Translations under genes and position numbers: made by a program
Shown here: one piece after another, positions 35,973 through 50,134 of the stretch
Numbering within the stretch: the first letter of the stretch is position 1
How the letters are laid out: every line of letters starts with the position of its first letter
Assembly (NCBI GenBank): GCA_964187785.1
Contig: OZ076413.1
Span: 43,526,001-43,590,000 of the forward strand
Origin: Amphiscolops sp. MND2022
Lineage: Eukaryota
Length of the DNA: 64,000 bases
Direction of reading: 5' to 3'
The notes under the pieces: model-generated
Told to the model about the DNA's origin: nothing
Databases searched by the model: none
What the model saw: the letters and a program-made list of their open reading frames with translations, nothing else

Positions 35973-37495
35973 CTAGAAAGTCAAAAGTATATGCAATGCC
36001 GTCTTCATGAACCAACAAAAGTGTTGTTACTGCAAAAAACCAAAACTCCTCAGAAACAAACACAAGAAACTTCAAGGAAATTGATAGTCAGAACCCTGTT
36101 TTAGTTAACCTTTACGCAATGCAAAATTGCGTCCGTCAAAAAAAGCGAAAAAGATGCAAATCAAAACTTTTACAAAAATTGACTCTCAACAGTCGTCATC
36201 ATTTCATTGATTAAAAAGGAACCTCAGAATAGACTCCGTCTTTTGCAGAAATGAGAAACCGTTTCCTCATTTGAATAGTGGAACTTCGACGTCACCCCGA
36301 TCAAAAAATTACGTCATTTTAAAGGGGAACTTGCCATGTATCAAATGTGAGGAAATACAACAGTTAAATTGAAAGCAGATGAATACTATCTGCCTTAGAT
36401 GGTGCAAAAGGACAACCGGAAGCACCCGGAAAAAAATTGAGATCATGATCTAAGTGTCAAATGACCTCATTGACCGGATCTAAGTGTCACGTTCTATATC
36501 AGTGATGCAAAATCAGAATGTTCGAACGTAGTGCTCTCAAAAGCGAGTGGCGGCACGATTTACTTCGTAAAGACGCCTTGTCGTTCAAAAATTTTATCTG
36601 GAACCTTGTGTAACGACAAGCGAGGGGGGAACTAGCACAGAAGCATAATGTTCGGGAGTGGCCGTTTCGACGTACCAGTCGTTTACCTCGGCATGATGCC
36701 GTCCCGAGGACGGGCACTGTCGTCTAAGATGGTCTCCAACTTTAATCCGTCTATAACTGCTATTAATAACGGGAATCCAGCTAAACTACGTCCTCAGGAC
36801 CACCCCCTATATAGCTTCTAAAAACATGATGCAGGAACAACGATGAATTTCAACAGAGCATGGAATAAATAATTTTCCAGCAAACCAGCTTTCGAGCATA
36901 AAAATCTAAACTGCATAGCATAATAACGAGAAACGGTAACAAGGCAATAGTATAAAGAATTTGTTGGCGATAGTCTTTCCAGCACGTTTCGAGGCACAAC
37001 AGAGGCAACGCTTAATCTGAGGGCATTTTGAGTTGTCAGCACTGTAGTCCAACTTTAATCCATTCTGCCGGATGCTGTTACAAGCTTTTTTGATCACGAT
37101 GACTCTCTTCTATTCCTGTTCACACGTCTTTCTGCTTGCTCGCTCCCGCGGGTGATTGTTTTTGTTCGTTCATACTTCTGTATTAACGTGGAACTCAAAG
37201 AAACTATACCATATCATCACCACATTCTGGCAGGTACATTGACATGCTCGGCTGTAAACTAAAATCCGCCTGAATCATTTTCTCAAATTTTCTGGGTGGT
37301 GACAGGATGACAATATTAAATGTTTTGATTGTAAGCATACGTAAAACTCGATTCCAATCAAAACGCCGAACCAACTTTATTCGAGCGTTTACTTCATTGA
37401 TCAATGAGATTCGTTTCAAACTCAAACATTCCGTTGAATTGCAAAAACAAAACATGTTCCACTTATGAGTGCAAAGTTTCCACGCAGTGAGACAT

Positions 37496-38361
37496 CCCGA
37501 GTTTCCCGACCAGGCCGATCATAATCTGACCATATTATGGCACCATAGAAATCATACAAATTTCCTTACTATGATCTTGCCATGATCGGCCTGGAATCAT
37601 ATATGGTCCAGAGTATGATCGGCCGGGAATCAAATATGGTCCAGAGTATGGTCAGCCTGGAATCAAAAATTTTTGTTCCAAACGGGTGTTGACGTGACAT
37701 GCAACCCAAACAAAAATTTTCAAATATTGAGAACAGCCAGCTTTACAGGCTGAGGGCAATAGAGCCACATTCGACCTTCTGTATCTGAGAACGAAACATT
37801 GCATGTCAGAACTCCGTTCAGCTCTAAGCGGAGTTAAAGACAAACTATGGTCACTCAATTTGTTCTCAGCCACTCCTTAGTTAATAACTAACTCTTTTGT
37901 TATAGCAGTACCCACTTTGCAGTATGATTTTCGATTATTTAGAGAAAAGTTACCAATAATTCAGCAAACGGTGCCCAAAATTGATGATTGCTACCTTGTT
38001 TTCAATTTGGTGATTGTATTGGACCTTTGGTTGAGGAATATCATATCTTGTAATTTCATCAGTGTATGCGTTAATTGACTACATTATCCTAATTTTTATT
38101 TATGGCTCCAGGCTGACCATACTCTGGGCCAAAAAGGTTTATGGTTCCAGACTGATCATAGACTGAACCATATATGGCCCAGAATATGGTCAGGCTGGAA
38201 CCATAAGCTTTGCTTTTTTATGGTTCCAGGCTGATCATATGAGTATGGTTAGCCTGGAACCATGAACCTTTATGGTCCAGAGTATGATCAGCCTGGAATC
38301 ATACTGTGAGTATGATGGCAGAGTATGATTGACCTGCTTTTGTAAAGGAAGGAAACCCGGG
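37496..38361. mobile_element. Non-autonomous CACTA/EnSpm-type element (2-bp TSD AT)
   Basis: CCCGAGTTTCC / GGAAACCCGGG, AT on both flanks, subterminal GAGTATGATCAGCCTGGAATCAT repeats. Confidence 0.78.
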
Positions 38362-38615
38362 ATCTGCAAGTACTCAACTATGGATTGAAAAACTCGGCTT
38401 CAACAACCAATCATGACGAATTAAAATGGTTAAAATACGTAATCAAAAAATAGAAGGAAACAACAAGTCGTGAATTCTTTGTGACGCATAAAAACTATGC
38501 TATTACCGATGAGCCGCCAAGGAGGAAGGAGAGGGGAGAAAACCTTTAGACAGTTCAATTGTAGTCATTTCGAATACCTTGGAGGATTTGATGATTGTGT
38601 TAGCTGTTTACTTAC

Positions 38616-38893
38616 GGTGAACAAGAGTTAGAAACGCACCAAACTTTCAATATTCATATATTTGAAACATAATGATAGCTGAACATAATGATAGGTGTAA
38701 GGTGACAAAAGCTGGCTTACCTCAATCAACAAGCTCATTCTTTTTTTGTTGTGATAGCCCTTCAAAGAATCGATTTGTTCAGTCCTTTTGGCACAATTCT
38801 TTTTTGTATTATAATACGTGTGTTTTGAAGAATTGAGAGAAGTTGAGTGAGTTTCAGTGCGATAACTAGAATCATCACCATCATTCACAAGAT
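38616..38893 (-). other. Two putative exons (38893-38721, 38643-38616) of an unknown gene
   Basis: Open frame ...KKRMSLLIE|FGAFLTLVH with GTAAGC and GTAAGT donors and a 77-bp intron. No homology recognised. Confidence 0.3.
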
Positions 38894-40122
38894 CTGATAC
38901 TTACTAAATAGTTTTCTGAAGTTGATGAGATCTCATCGAAAATAAATGGTATAGTACTGATAATAAAATAATAAATGGACCAACTATATGTGAGAAAGTT
39001 CAAACTTTCGCCGTGGAAATGTAACTAAAATATCTTCAAACATTGGAATGGAAAATCGAAAGTGTGTTTTTCGCAAGAAGTTGAGCACTCCCTGCGAATC
39101 TCTACAGATCTGTACAGATCCTGACAGGTAATCCAGGATTTGTCAAAAATTAGCTAGTCATAAATAGAAACTTGAAACTGAAATTAGTTGATGAAAAGTG
39201 CTCTACAGGATAAACACGCCTACGCCTCCTAATTGAAGTTTCAAGAAAATTTATGTGCGACACTGTAGAGATCTGTACAGATCCATCCTGACAGTTATTC
39301 CAGGATTAATCGAACATTAGCTACACGAAAATGACCAATAAATTACCATAACAAGTTTTCATCCATTACTTAAACTGCTCAAACACACAATGATCCCGAA
39401 ATATTACAACAACAGTACTTTTTCAACACCTCTACCAACCCAGACGGCGGTCACATTTCTAATTCCATCCGCCAAAACGAACTCAATCTGGCAAACAAGC
39501 CTCTCAAAGTCGAACAGACACTTCTGGAAAGTTCAAATGAAATAGATAATTTACTGTGTTTTACCAATACCGAACATTCACCATAATCACAGACACCAAA
39601 ATTACCGCGATAGGGACAAGCGTTCCTCCTCGATAATTTTCACTGATGGAGAGTGTCAAGTGACTGAGCCTTGGTCAGCTAAGATGCTTAAAGTAGTTGA
39701 AGAAGCCCGAAAATGCCATGCATTGTTTCCCTAGAAGCTCCGGAAAAAATCCTGAGAACTTTGTACAGAAAAGAAAACCTTTGAACAACTAACTATACAA
39801 ACACTTGCAAATCTGCAAATTCTTACGTGGCAGTGGCACGATCTTTACAGATCCTCAAGGGAAACCGGCGCGCAGTTCGGTACAGATTCTGAACAAAAAC
39901 TCAGCATGGGTATTTTTTTATATTAGAGTGCCATTGCAGAACCACTTTGAATAACGTTTCAGAGGCTAGATAGCGGTGGTTCTGGTTAGGGAAAATGAGC
40001 GAACAATGTTGCCATTAGAGACTGGAATCATAGATGCTGGCTTCGGGAGGCAAATTGGGTCTATGGGCAGACGGGGAGAACGTTACAGTTCACAGCATCT
40101 GGTATCTGTCATGCCGTGAGCA

Positions 40123-40785
40123 CCCGGATTGACCCTCCATGGATATCTTAGTAAGATCGCCATGGTATTCATTTTGCCATGTAAGATCTTATCTAGAAAG
40201 CCATGTTCCCAAATTTTTTTTTTCGTAAAATCGTATTTGCCAAGAAAAAACTGGAAGGAAGTCAACAAAAATCAACATCTATGCAGATTTACATTGTTAG
40301 ACATGGCAATTTTCTGTTAGCATTTTATAAAACTTGGTTGACGAGTTTTAAAAAGTCCTTAAAATGAGCACTCACTTAGGACATTCGCATTTCTCAGTCT
40401 TAAACAGGTGAGAAGTTATTAGAATTCTAGTCAGACTTTCGGAAGCCAGAATACGATATCATAATTTTTCGCACATTTTCGCATGCAAAATGGTTTCAGC
40501 AGGTTGAAGCATTTCGATAATGAAAACGAGTAGAAATAGTGGTTGTTGGGTGAAATGAGCCTTCACATTGAGTCTCTGCTGCCTGTACCGGAGGTATAGT
40601 GTTTTTTATAATGCTATAATTTTGTCCATCGTAATAAGATACGATCTTGAAATTATGTATTATCTTAGTAAGATCCTAATAAGAATCTTGCCATGGGTTC
40701 TATGGTTGCCAAGATGTACTAAGTGTGAGAATTTAGCAAGATCTTGCCAAGACAGTCAAGATGCTAGTAAGAGGGTCAACCCGGT
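40123..40785. mobile_element. Non-autonomous CACTA/EnSpm-type element (2-bp TSD CA)
   Basis: CCCGGATTGACCCTC / GAGGGTCAACCCGGT, CA on both flanks, subterminal AAGATCTT and CCATGG repeats. Confidence 0.75.
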
Positions 40786-40806
40786 CATGTAATAAATTAC
40801 CTAAAT

Positions 40807-41438
40807 ACCGTACGACGACAACTCATATCAAGCGACAACTCATATCAGGCGACAACTCATATCAATTTCTTCGGTGCTACATGATTCTCCAAAACACCTT
40901 CGTCTCCTTCATCAGTCTCATTACGAACAGCAGCATCGACAATCTATGTAACATCTGAATTCTCATCAGCCATCTGAAGACAGACGCAATATTCGGCACT
41001 ATATCACCAATATATTTTAACGTACTGACTACAATCATCCAAAACAAATCATCAATCATAGATTTTGCCTCCTAGCACTGTGCGCTTTAGACGTTACAAC
41101 AAGGGGATCAAAATCACCTCAAAAGTATTTAAAATAAATGCTAAAATACTAATTTGTCAACCTCACAAGTATCGGGGAAAAAAGATTGAAAATCCAGGAA
41201 ATAATGCAAAACGTTTGCAGAATTTCTTTCCACCAGTCAATTCGGTTCTTGGGTGTGGTGGTCAGTATTTGGGGGGTAAATTCGACTAATTGGGTATTTG
41301 GGTTGGGTGCCCTTGATAATTGGGTTGGGTATTTGGGGTTCATTCACTATTTGGGTTGGGTATTTGTAGTTGGGTACCACTATTTGTACAATTAATTGGG
41401 TTTTACCCAATTAATTGGTTTACTAATTGGCAACCCTG
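40807..41438. mobile_element. Decayed DNA transposon relics: 17-bp x3 subterminal repeat and one hAT-like terminus
   Basis: TACCGTA followed by (CGACAACTCATATCARG)x3 at 40807-40865; TTGGG-rich repeats ending TGGCAACCCTG (reverse complement CAGGGTTGCCA) at 41428-41438. Partner ends not found. Confidence 0.4.
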
Positions 41439-42562
41439 CTCCGTTGTTTGAAGAATATTCCAGTGACTTTATGTTGTGTTCGAATAACTTTTAGATCCTG
41501 TTCTACTGTGATTTTCAAGTGTTCAATTGTCGTACTCGCTGCAGGACTTTTAGCTTATTCTTGTGATTTTAGACTACTCCTCTACAATTTTTCAGTACTT
41601 GTTTCATTGATTCCAGAATGTCTCTTTTAAAATCTGTTCAAGTACCTTCTTAATCCAAAGGTTTTTATAAAATTCTAGTGGCTCAGAACTTGATCCATAT
41701 TTTCTTTATTGTGACTTTAGATGATTTTTTCAACTTATTTTAGATTTTATTGTAATGATTTATCCCCTTAATTGTGAAGATTAGGATTCTATACTGCCTG
41801 TTGTCAGATCTTTTTCCATTGGTTTCGGAATTTTTCCGACTTCACAAAATGATATGGAAAATCTATGACATATAATTTGAAAATCTATGATTGAAAAGCC
41901 ATGATAAATTTTTCCATGTATTAACTTAAGTTGGAATTAAACAAATACGCATAATCTTATGATGAGCACGTGCCAGTCGAGACTTTAGTAATCTTGGGCG
42001 ACATGCAGCTTTCTGCTAAGAATATCGAGATCATCTTCTTCATTTTCATCCAGTTAATTGCAATCTAGTAAGTTTTCCTTAGCTCCAATTAGTTCACTCA
42101 TCCGTAGCATCTCTCTCTCTCTCTCTCTCTCGTCAAAGGCTGCAAATGGTAAAAGAATCTAAAATCTCATCAAATCTTTGTTTCCTCAAAAGCGAATTTT
42201 GAGGGAAAAAAACATTAAAAGAGCAGTCTAGAATTTTGAGACCCATCAAAGAACAAGTAGACGACCATTTTTGATAAAACACGAGGGTTGGTTCTTCTCC
42301 TTTAAAATTTCCCCCACACGTTGTAGAAATTTTCCAACAACAGGCGCAGTGGCTCTGCATTTTTTCGTACGTTCACATAATATGCCCTCAGAGAACTATC
42401 AGAAAATTTCCAGCCTGATATGTTTGACAGAAAAAGTATCCAAAAACATAGATCTAAAAAGAAACCTCTCTACAGTTCTGACAACCAATCTAAGAAAATA
42501 TGCGAATAGAGTTCCGAAAGTTCAATTTAAAAAAAAACGAAAAAAAAGTGCAATTTGAAAGT

Positions 42563-42842
42563 AGAGGGGGGAATGAGATCTAACGAATAGGATCTAGAGT
42601 CAGAAAAGGTATTAAGATCTAAAGCGAATAAGATCTAATATTTCAGGACGGGAATAAGATCTAAAGGGAATAAGATCTAAGATCAATGCATTTTAGATCT
42701 TATTTCCTCTCTTCAAAAAATAGGATCTGAAAGGAATAAGATCTAAAATTTTACATCTTATTCCCTTTTCGAAGTTGAGCATGTCACAAATTTAGATCTT
42801 GTTATTTTAGATCTTATTCTTTAGATCTTATTCCCACATCCC
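42563..42842. mobile_element. GGGAATAAGATCTAAA foldback-like MITE copy
   Basis: Same modules as 27025-27662. Confidence 0.75.
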
Positions 42843-43367
42843 AATTGAAAGATCTGATGTTATTCAGGGAAAGCTATGAAAGTTCGGATTTCTTGCTCTT
42901 TCATATACGTTGTAACAGAAAACGGAAAACGTCTTGTTTTAATTGAAAAGATACGAAAGATCGACACTGGTCAAACACTCGCTTCCTTCCCGACAAAATT
43001 TGAAATGAAGCAGATATAACGTCGGAAGTTCATTGAAAGAGCGTGTTGAATACCGTTATTCCTGTTACAGAATACAGCGAAATTATCGCTGCAGGTGTCA
43101 AGATACCAAAATTTGACACTAGTCAGAGTCGAACCTCTTTTTCTTGGGAATGACTGTACTGAATCGGGATCTTGTTTGCTAATGCCCCCCAGCCTACTGC
43201 CAGAAAATTTATATGTCCCCCAAAATTTCAGCACAGAATATCAACCTACGCAGAAATAAAATCGTTCCCATATCAAAACGTATTGCTCGCATGTTTGTAC
43301 GATGTTGTGAACAGAAAATATTAGTCATGTCAGAAAGCATGAGTCAGCTTTGTTTCACACTTGTGTG

Positions 43368-44411
43368 CCCTAAGTTACAAAAATCACAACTCTTGCAAAA
43401 TTCTTACAAGAATTCTTGTAAGATCTTGTAAGAAAATGCATTTTTAGAATCTAACTCTTGCAAAAATCTTGCAAGATTTGCATTTTTCTGCTCCGGAAAA
43501 TACAAAAAATGCATAAATCTGACAATTTTTTTTGCATTTTCCGCCTCAAAAAAATTGAACGGGTGCAAAAGAAAACTATCTGTACGCGAAAAACGACACA
43601 ATTGCCCATATTAGAGCATCTAGATTTTATATTATCGGAATGCCTTATTTGAATCATGAGCATTGTTTGATGTTATATTGTTGTAAAGCTTTCGCTTACA
43701 ACATTAAAGCCCTGCGTGGGGTCAGTGCCTCTGAGAGAGCAATGTCCTCCATTCTCAGCAGTCTTATGACTAGTTGAAATGGGCTGGAGAAGAAATGAAA
43801 CCGATAGTTGAATTTTGCTAGAATTTTCAGAGTTTTCATAGTTTTCAATATGACATTGCACAAGTGGTTTTGTAGTATTTTTACTGATTTTCTCCATCAC
43901 AGTAGCTGACAGCAGGTTCGGGTTAGAACCGTTAGAAAGCCCTTGAAATGTATTTTCAATTGGTATCATGTTCATATTCCTATCATCATTAGCTGAAGAG
44001 TTCTCGGAGTTTTTGTCCGGAGTTTCATAGCTGGAATACGTTATTGTAATTTCTGGGGTAAAATTGCATGTAAAATCTTCTTGCTCAAAATTAACAATTT
44101 GGAGCATTTCGCTGGGATCCTGGAACAGTTTGTGCATTGTAAACGGCAACTGTGGCTGTTGTTGCTGGTAGTTTGATGATTTTTGAAGTTTTGGTCGAAT
44201 TAACACATCACATTTTTTGTAAGAATTTCTTACCAAAAAATGCATTTTTTGCAAAAAATGTTATCAGAATCTTGTAAGAAATGTTCGACATTGTAACAAA
44301 TTTGCAAAATTTGCGATTCTTGTACAAACTTGTAAGATTCTTGCAAGAAATGCAAACCTGACGAGAATTTCGGAAGACTTTTGCAAGATTTGTGATTCTT
44401 GTAACCTAGGG
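43368..44411. mobile_element. Non-autonomous CACTA/EnSpm-type element (2-bp TSD TG) with an internal coding-like fragment
   Basis: CCCTAAGTTACAAAAATCACAA / TTGTGATTCTTGTAACCTAGGG, TG on both flanks, subterminal TCTTGCAAGA palindromes; ORF 43673-44254 inside. Confidence 0.82.
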
Positions 44412-46133
44412 TGAACAAGACAAAGCGATCAATGATTCGAAAAAGAAGTTTTTCTACTTACGCTGCATGAACAACCTGAGCCTCAAAAATCCGTGGAGGG
44501 GCATTAGCAAACAAAATCCCTGAATCGGATAGCAGATCTGAATTCAGTCCAATTAAACGTCAAAAGAGATTATTTTTCATCGAAATAGACGTTATATCAG
44601 AAATGATGGTATAATGGGTTGCTTTGAAAAACACAGAAGTTCGACACTGGTTAACTGCAAGCCCTGCCCCGACGCGACCAAATAATGAATATTCACTTCC
44701 AAAACGAAGTTGTACATACCAAAAAAAAACAAAAAAGGAACCAGCATTCCCGCTTTCCACATTGAAGAAACTTTGGAAAAAAACTCAAAAGCTCAATGAG
44801 TTCAACTGAAATTACATCTTATTGTCCTCAACATTTCCTAAAGGATTCAACTCGACTCAGTAAAGAAAGACTCTTCTTTACTAGAAACATTTAAGAAACT
44901 AAAATAGTAAAAATGTATTAGATGTTATTTTTTTTAAAAAAAAAACTGGTAAAAAGTCGCATATTTCCGAAAAACGCATAAAAGTGGCATTTAAGATTGT
45001 ATAACTTCCTGTTCATCTGAAAACATCACAAATAAAAACAAAACAGAGACCATTCATGGAATAAAAAACTCAAAAGCGTCGCACAGTGCCAAAAAAACAT
45101 ATTGTTTCATACAAGTTTTAAAACAACCAGTTTAAAAGAAGAATCAGTCAAACGGAGCTCTTCGGCACCCCTGAATATTTTAGATATAAGCCCAGTCCGG
45201 GTCATAGTTTTTCTGAAAAAAAAACACTTGACGCTGCAAATTTCCAAAAGGAAAACTTTTTATCTACTTTTGCGACGATATAACATTTTGATCCAGCGCG
45301 GTGTTCGAGCACACGAGCGCTTCCATATAAGCCGCTGTCATCACACACAGTCACCCACCCGTGCTAACCACAAGAACTAGTTGGAAGTACAGTATTAGTT
45401 CAGTAGTTTCAGGCAGAAAAAGTAAATGAAATGAATGTCGCCAAAACTAAGTTGTTTTGGTTTTTTACGGAACTTTTATTCGAAGAAATTACATCACGTT
45501 TTACAATCAGCTACTCGTTTATGTTTATGAGGCATAATACCGGTAAAGGAGGTGTTTTATAATGTTCTCAAATTTCATGCGCCGGGTATTGCTAAACGTA
45601 GCCGGCATTTAGACCAGAAAATGTCTAAAAGCCTCGGTTTGAAAGAAGCTTGTTTGAAAGAAGCTTGGTACTTACAGCAAACGTTGGTTATACAGACAGC
45701 ATCAAAAACATGTCAATTGGGATCGGGACTCTAAAAAAAGTAAACAATTCTGCGGTTTGGCAGATTAGGCACATATGGAGACGTTGAGTACGGTTCCCCA
45801 GAAAACTGAACAAAAAGAGATTTGCTCGAAAGCCCAGTCAAAAACTGGGCTCTTCAAAAAGTCTCTAAGAGTTCTGCGTTCTGACAAAAACATATTACGG
45901 TAATAGGTGTGCTCGTTTCTTCACAAAAGCCGCAATTAAAGAATCACAGTCCTTGAGTTTTTTCTGAGATGATTGACCTTGTGGTAGGAACTTTTACTCT
46001 CGAAGCCAAGAAATTCCTGTTTTAGACAGCGTGACAGTGAACAATTTTCTGTTCAGAAAACATGTCTTTATAAAGAAGCAGCTGTGAAATTATGTCCATT
46101 CTCAAGACAGTATTAGTGTATCGATTGTTTCAG

Positions 46134-46225
46134 TTTAGACCCCCTGATGGCAAGGGGCCCATATGATTTGGTGGAATACTTAGCCGGTATTTCCAAAGAA
46201 GCGGAATCCTCTGAAGCTGAAAATC
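46134..46225 (+). other. Possible isolated exon
   Basis: TTGTTTCAG|...LDPLMARGPYDLVEYLAGISKEAESSEAEN...|GTAGGT, followed by a T-rich tract. Confidence 0.2.
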
Positions 46226-48385
46226 GTAGGTCACATTCTATTTTAACCTATAATTTAAATTCGCATGTTTTCGTGTTTAATAATGTATTTGTGTATTATT
46301 TGATTATTTTTGGTATCATTGTTGGACCTCAAGCGAATCTTTCTACACCAGCTTAGTGGAAATGTTCTCCGGTGGAACGTCGATGTAAAGTCGTTGAGCA
46401 CCGGTGGATTTTATTCAATTGCCAACACTTCGCAATATTTAGTTTTGACAAATTGACCATAGTGGATGCGTTTTACTTCACCGATTAAAAATACAAATGG
46501 TCCAGATTGAACGTGCATTCAAAGTAAGATCAAGAGACGTTCACCATTTTATTGAATGTAATAAAAAATGTTTCAAACAATGATTTTTGGATTCCATATA
46601 AATTTATAGAGTTACTTTAGGGTGCCTTGTGAGTTGAAACAGTCATTTACAAAAAACACGATTTCGAAAATCTTACGAAAATTCTTCAAATTGTCAAACT
46701 AGTCGAATGGGCCACCCCATACTCAAGTTTGTTTCGAAACCTAAGGTTATTTTCGGAACTGATAATTCAATTTTAAAAAAATAATTCAATTTTAAAAAAG
46801 GGTTGGATGGGAACTTTTGTTTTTTTTGGATTGGAAAAAGCGTTTCGATTTGATTGAAAGAAACCTCGCAGAAACTACATTGAAAATTGGCTGACTAGAG
46901 GTTCTTGATATTAGTTATTCGATACTAAGTTGTTTGACACCTTAAGACCTGTACTCCGTAAAAATGTTACGTTTTCGAACGTCTGATTGTACCTTACTTT
47001 GGATTTCGCAAATTTACCTAGAATCCAAGTGCTAAGCCAAAGCAAGATTAGGTTTTACTTCCGTGTTTTCATGGACTATTTTAATGTTGGTTTGTGAAGT
47101 TAATACGCATTACTAATAGCAGTTACAGGCCTGAAAGTTCAATGGAGAACGTCATCGAAAGATTCCCAAAAGGACTATTTTTCGGATTTTTGCCTCAGCT
47201 GAAACGCTATCTTTAGTCCTGGTCTATACCATGTCCTCATTTTTCCCGTTTACGTTGGCATCCTGTATTATGGTAATTGATATTTTTTTTCAAATGAAGT
47301 ATCGTTCGATTATTGCGAATACTCAACTAACCGCTTTGAATAATACATATTTAATTCTAAGGCATTCATATTGTCTCGAAATCGGTTGAAACAGAGTTTA
47401 TTAACGTTTTTGCACTTCACTCTCTTAAAGAACAAACCTTTAAAAATCAATACTCTTCGAGAACATCCAGAATACGGTCAGATACATTTTCCAACATTCC
47501 TTGTCAAAGCTGAAAAGGAGGTGTAAGACAACTGTTCATCAGAGCAAACAAAAAACAGAAAAAAAAATTACGGTTTCCAATATTGGTCCAAGTCATTGAA
47601 GTCTTCCGAGAAACGATTTATTCACGTTTATTTTTCTAAGGAGTGCCCATGCTTTCAGGTGACGTGATAGAACCGGAAAAGACAATACGTGGCAAGCAGC
47701 CTGAGAAACAAAAGAAAAAGAAACCGTGGGACTGTACAAAAGCCCTGAAAAACCCCGATCAAGAGGGTTGAATAGGCATCTAATTCAAAACTCACGCAAA
47801 ATTCATGCTATGTTTAAATGGAAGCACGTTTTTAGTGCCAAATCAAAATTAGTCATGTCGTGACTTTCATAACTTTCTCTAAAGCTGGATATGAAAGGTT
47901 TTTAAGAATAAATCTAAAGCTAGAAGTTACGTTTCGTCAAAAATACAATTTCCGTCAAAAATGAATACAAAAATTTTTTACTAATCAAATTTTTTTGCAA
48001 AGTCGTCATTTTTCAACTGAGTTTTCTCTTTACTCGAGATGGATGAACCAGCGTAAATTGCCGGAAAGGCATCTTGGTTTGGAATACTTTTTTCGATAGA
48101 ATCATTTCCCTCGTTTTTTGCCGAATTTGTCGTACATGGAGCCATTCACGTACCATTGACTACATCACGTATAGTCTAGTCCATGGTTATTTTTGATCAA
48201 CATGTTCACAACACACTTGCACTATGATCAGTGACCGCAATTTACTGCGACGCCCAAATAAAAAATCGGCGGCTTCTCTCATCTGCTTTTCACTGCTTAT
48301 CTCTGTGTTTTAGAGCAAAAAACACTTTGAGTCACTTTTTTATTCTTTTTGAATAATTCATCAGATTTGAAAAACGAAATAGCTG

Positions 48386-48852
48386 TTTTTAGTCGGCGCC
48401 TTTTCCCTTCAGGAAAAGAGCCCGACTATTACTGTGGGTAGTTTTTTCCGCTGACAATCTCACTCAGTACTCAGTGTGTTCAATTTTTCATACAATTTTC
48501 ATTAATGTTAGCAAATTTAAAAATAATGGCGCAAAACCGTGCGAAGTATTTCTACATCATGGAAGAAACTCAACGGGACCGAAGGGTACTCGGATATAAC
48601 GTTTTCAAAGTTCGCATATAAGGTTTTTAAAGTTCGGATATATTAGTTCAAAGCTCGGATATAACGTTTTCAAAGCTCAGATGTAACGTTTTCAAAGTTC
48701 GGATATAACGTTTCCATTTCTCGTAACGTTAACGATATTCCCACAAAATTTTACATAATTTGCGTCCAAAGTAATGCCCTAGGGTCAGGGTCTCAATACT
48801 ATAACACTTTTTTGGATTTTAGAACGCCCACTCGTGCCGTTCCCGGGTTGTT
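48386..48852 (+). mobile_element. HINE with internal 22-bp minisatellite
   Basis: TTTTTAGTCGGCGCC...CCCGACTA start and CGCCCACTCGTGCCGTTCCCGGGTTGTT end. Confidence 0.72.
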
Positions 48853-49525
48853 TGAATTTGGAAATGTATTCCAAAGTTTTCACAAACTCGTTTATAGTTA
48901 GAATGAAAATTCTTGATCCGTTTTGCCGAATTTTGATTCAACACATTGAAGCCTGGAGCAATATTTTATGTTCGATCTCTGAAAAAAAATTTTCCCATTG
49001 ATGTCAGCCACTGCCTTGTTGAATTTATCGCTGCTTTAAGCCAACTATTCCACCGTTCAATGCTTCTCACTGCCATAGCTGTGAATTGCTGTCCCTCAAC
49101 ATGATTAACCTGGAATCCTGCGCGGTTTTTGCAGACGACGATGACAAACAGGTTGTCTCTCTTTCATAAAACCTCTTACAATTAGATGGGCTTATAGACT
49201 TTCGGTTGCTTAGGCAGATGGTCAGACCTGTATCGACGCCATCTATCATTTACGAAGTGTATATGGTTGTTTTTTCATGGTATATAATTCACAGCCAGAA
49301 AATGTTGAAAATGCAAATTGAGATGCAACAAACAGTTCAAACACATTTGTATAACCTCGTTTTTCACAGTTGTACCTATTTTAGAGGCAGATTTGCTCTC
49401 AATCAATCAAGCTGTTTTTCGTTACTATTTCAAAAAAGCGTTTTAGCGGAAAATAATGTAACTTCCGGCACCAGCGAAACAAAAATTCGTTCACATTCCA
49501 AACGTGTGCGATAGCAAACAAAACA

Positions 49526-50035
49526 ATTCAAAATGGTTGACCTAGCAGGCACGTGAAAACAGGCGATAAGACAAAAAAAGACAGAAAGACCAAGAAACCG
49601 AAACGATTACCCAGGAGACACAGAAGAGAGACGTAACCCTTCGAAGGTTTGCTTCAAAAACCCTGAAAACTCCATGAGAGTGCAGAATGTACCGATTTTG
49701 ATTATTTCATTATTTTGAATGTTGTTTGTTAAATTGGTGATGGTACAGGAACTCCTAGATCCTTATTTTCCACATTTTAGATACTATTCAGCTAATAGAA
49801 TGTACCTTTGCTAACCACCTGTTTTGAACCTCGTGTGTATGTAGGACGTCGCAGGAATGTTAAAAAACATTTTCAAAGGTTTGTGTACTGACTTTGAATG
49901 TGCCAGCACGTCGTCACTGAGCTCTAGTTTGAGGAGTCTCCTTAGACGTATGAAAACGTCCCTTAGAATTCCGTTAGGGACTAAAAACTAATGTATAGGC
50001 TAGTTATAGGACTATGGGACTAACTTGACGTTACA
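49526..50035 (-). mobile_element. Truncated LTR element, family C: LTR (49632-50035) plus leader fragment
   Basis: Colinear with 62502-63133; the minus strand starts TGTAACGTCAAG; PBS region deleted. Confidence 0.7.
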
Positions 50036-50134
50036 TCTAGAGTAGTTTTATTGGCGCCCCAAATGGAACCTTTTTTATTTATGAGTCAATCTAAGACTTT
50101 TTCTTGCTTTCCCCCTCTGTTAGGTCCGTATCTA

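Noticed and set aside
36490..37460. Coding-like minus-strand segments with a repeated GGATTAAAGTTGGA
   Set aside because: A stop-free, phase-consistent exon chain could not be built.
39090..39910. Another CCC element with TACAGATC repeats and a coding-like interior
   Set aside because: Termini do not match and no TSD was found; too decayed to call.
50052..50069. TGGCGCCCC as a tRNA-Lys PBS, making 49456-50035 the 5' LTR of the plus-strand Gypsy element
   Set aside because: It sits 16 bp from the repeat end, is absent from the second copy, and the LTR signals point to the minus strand.
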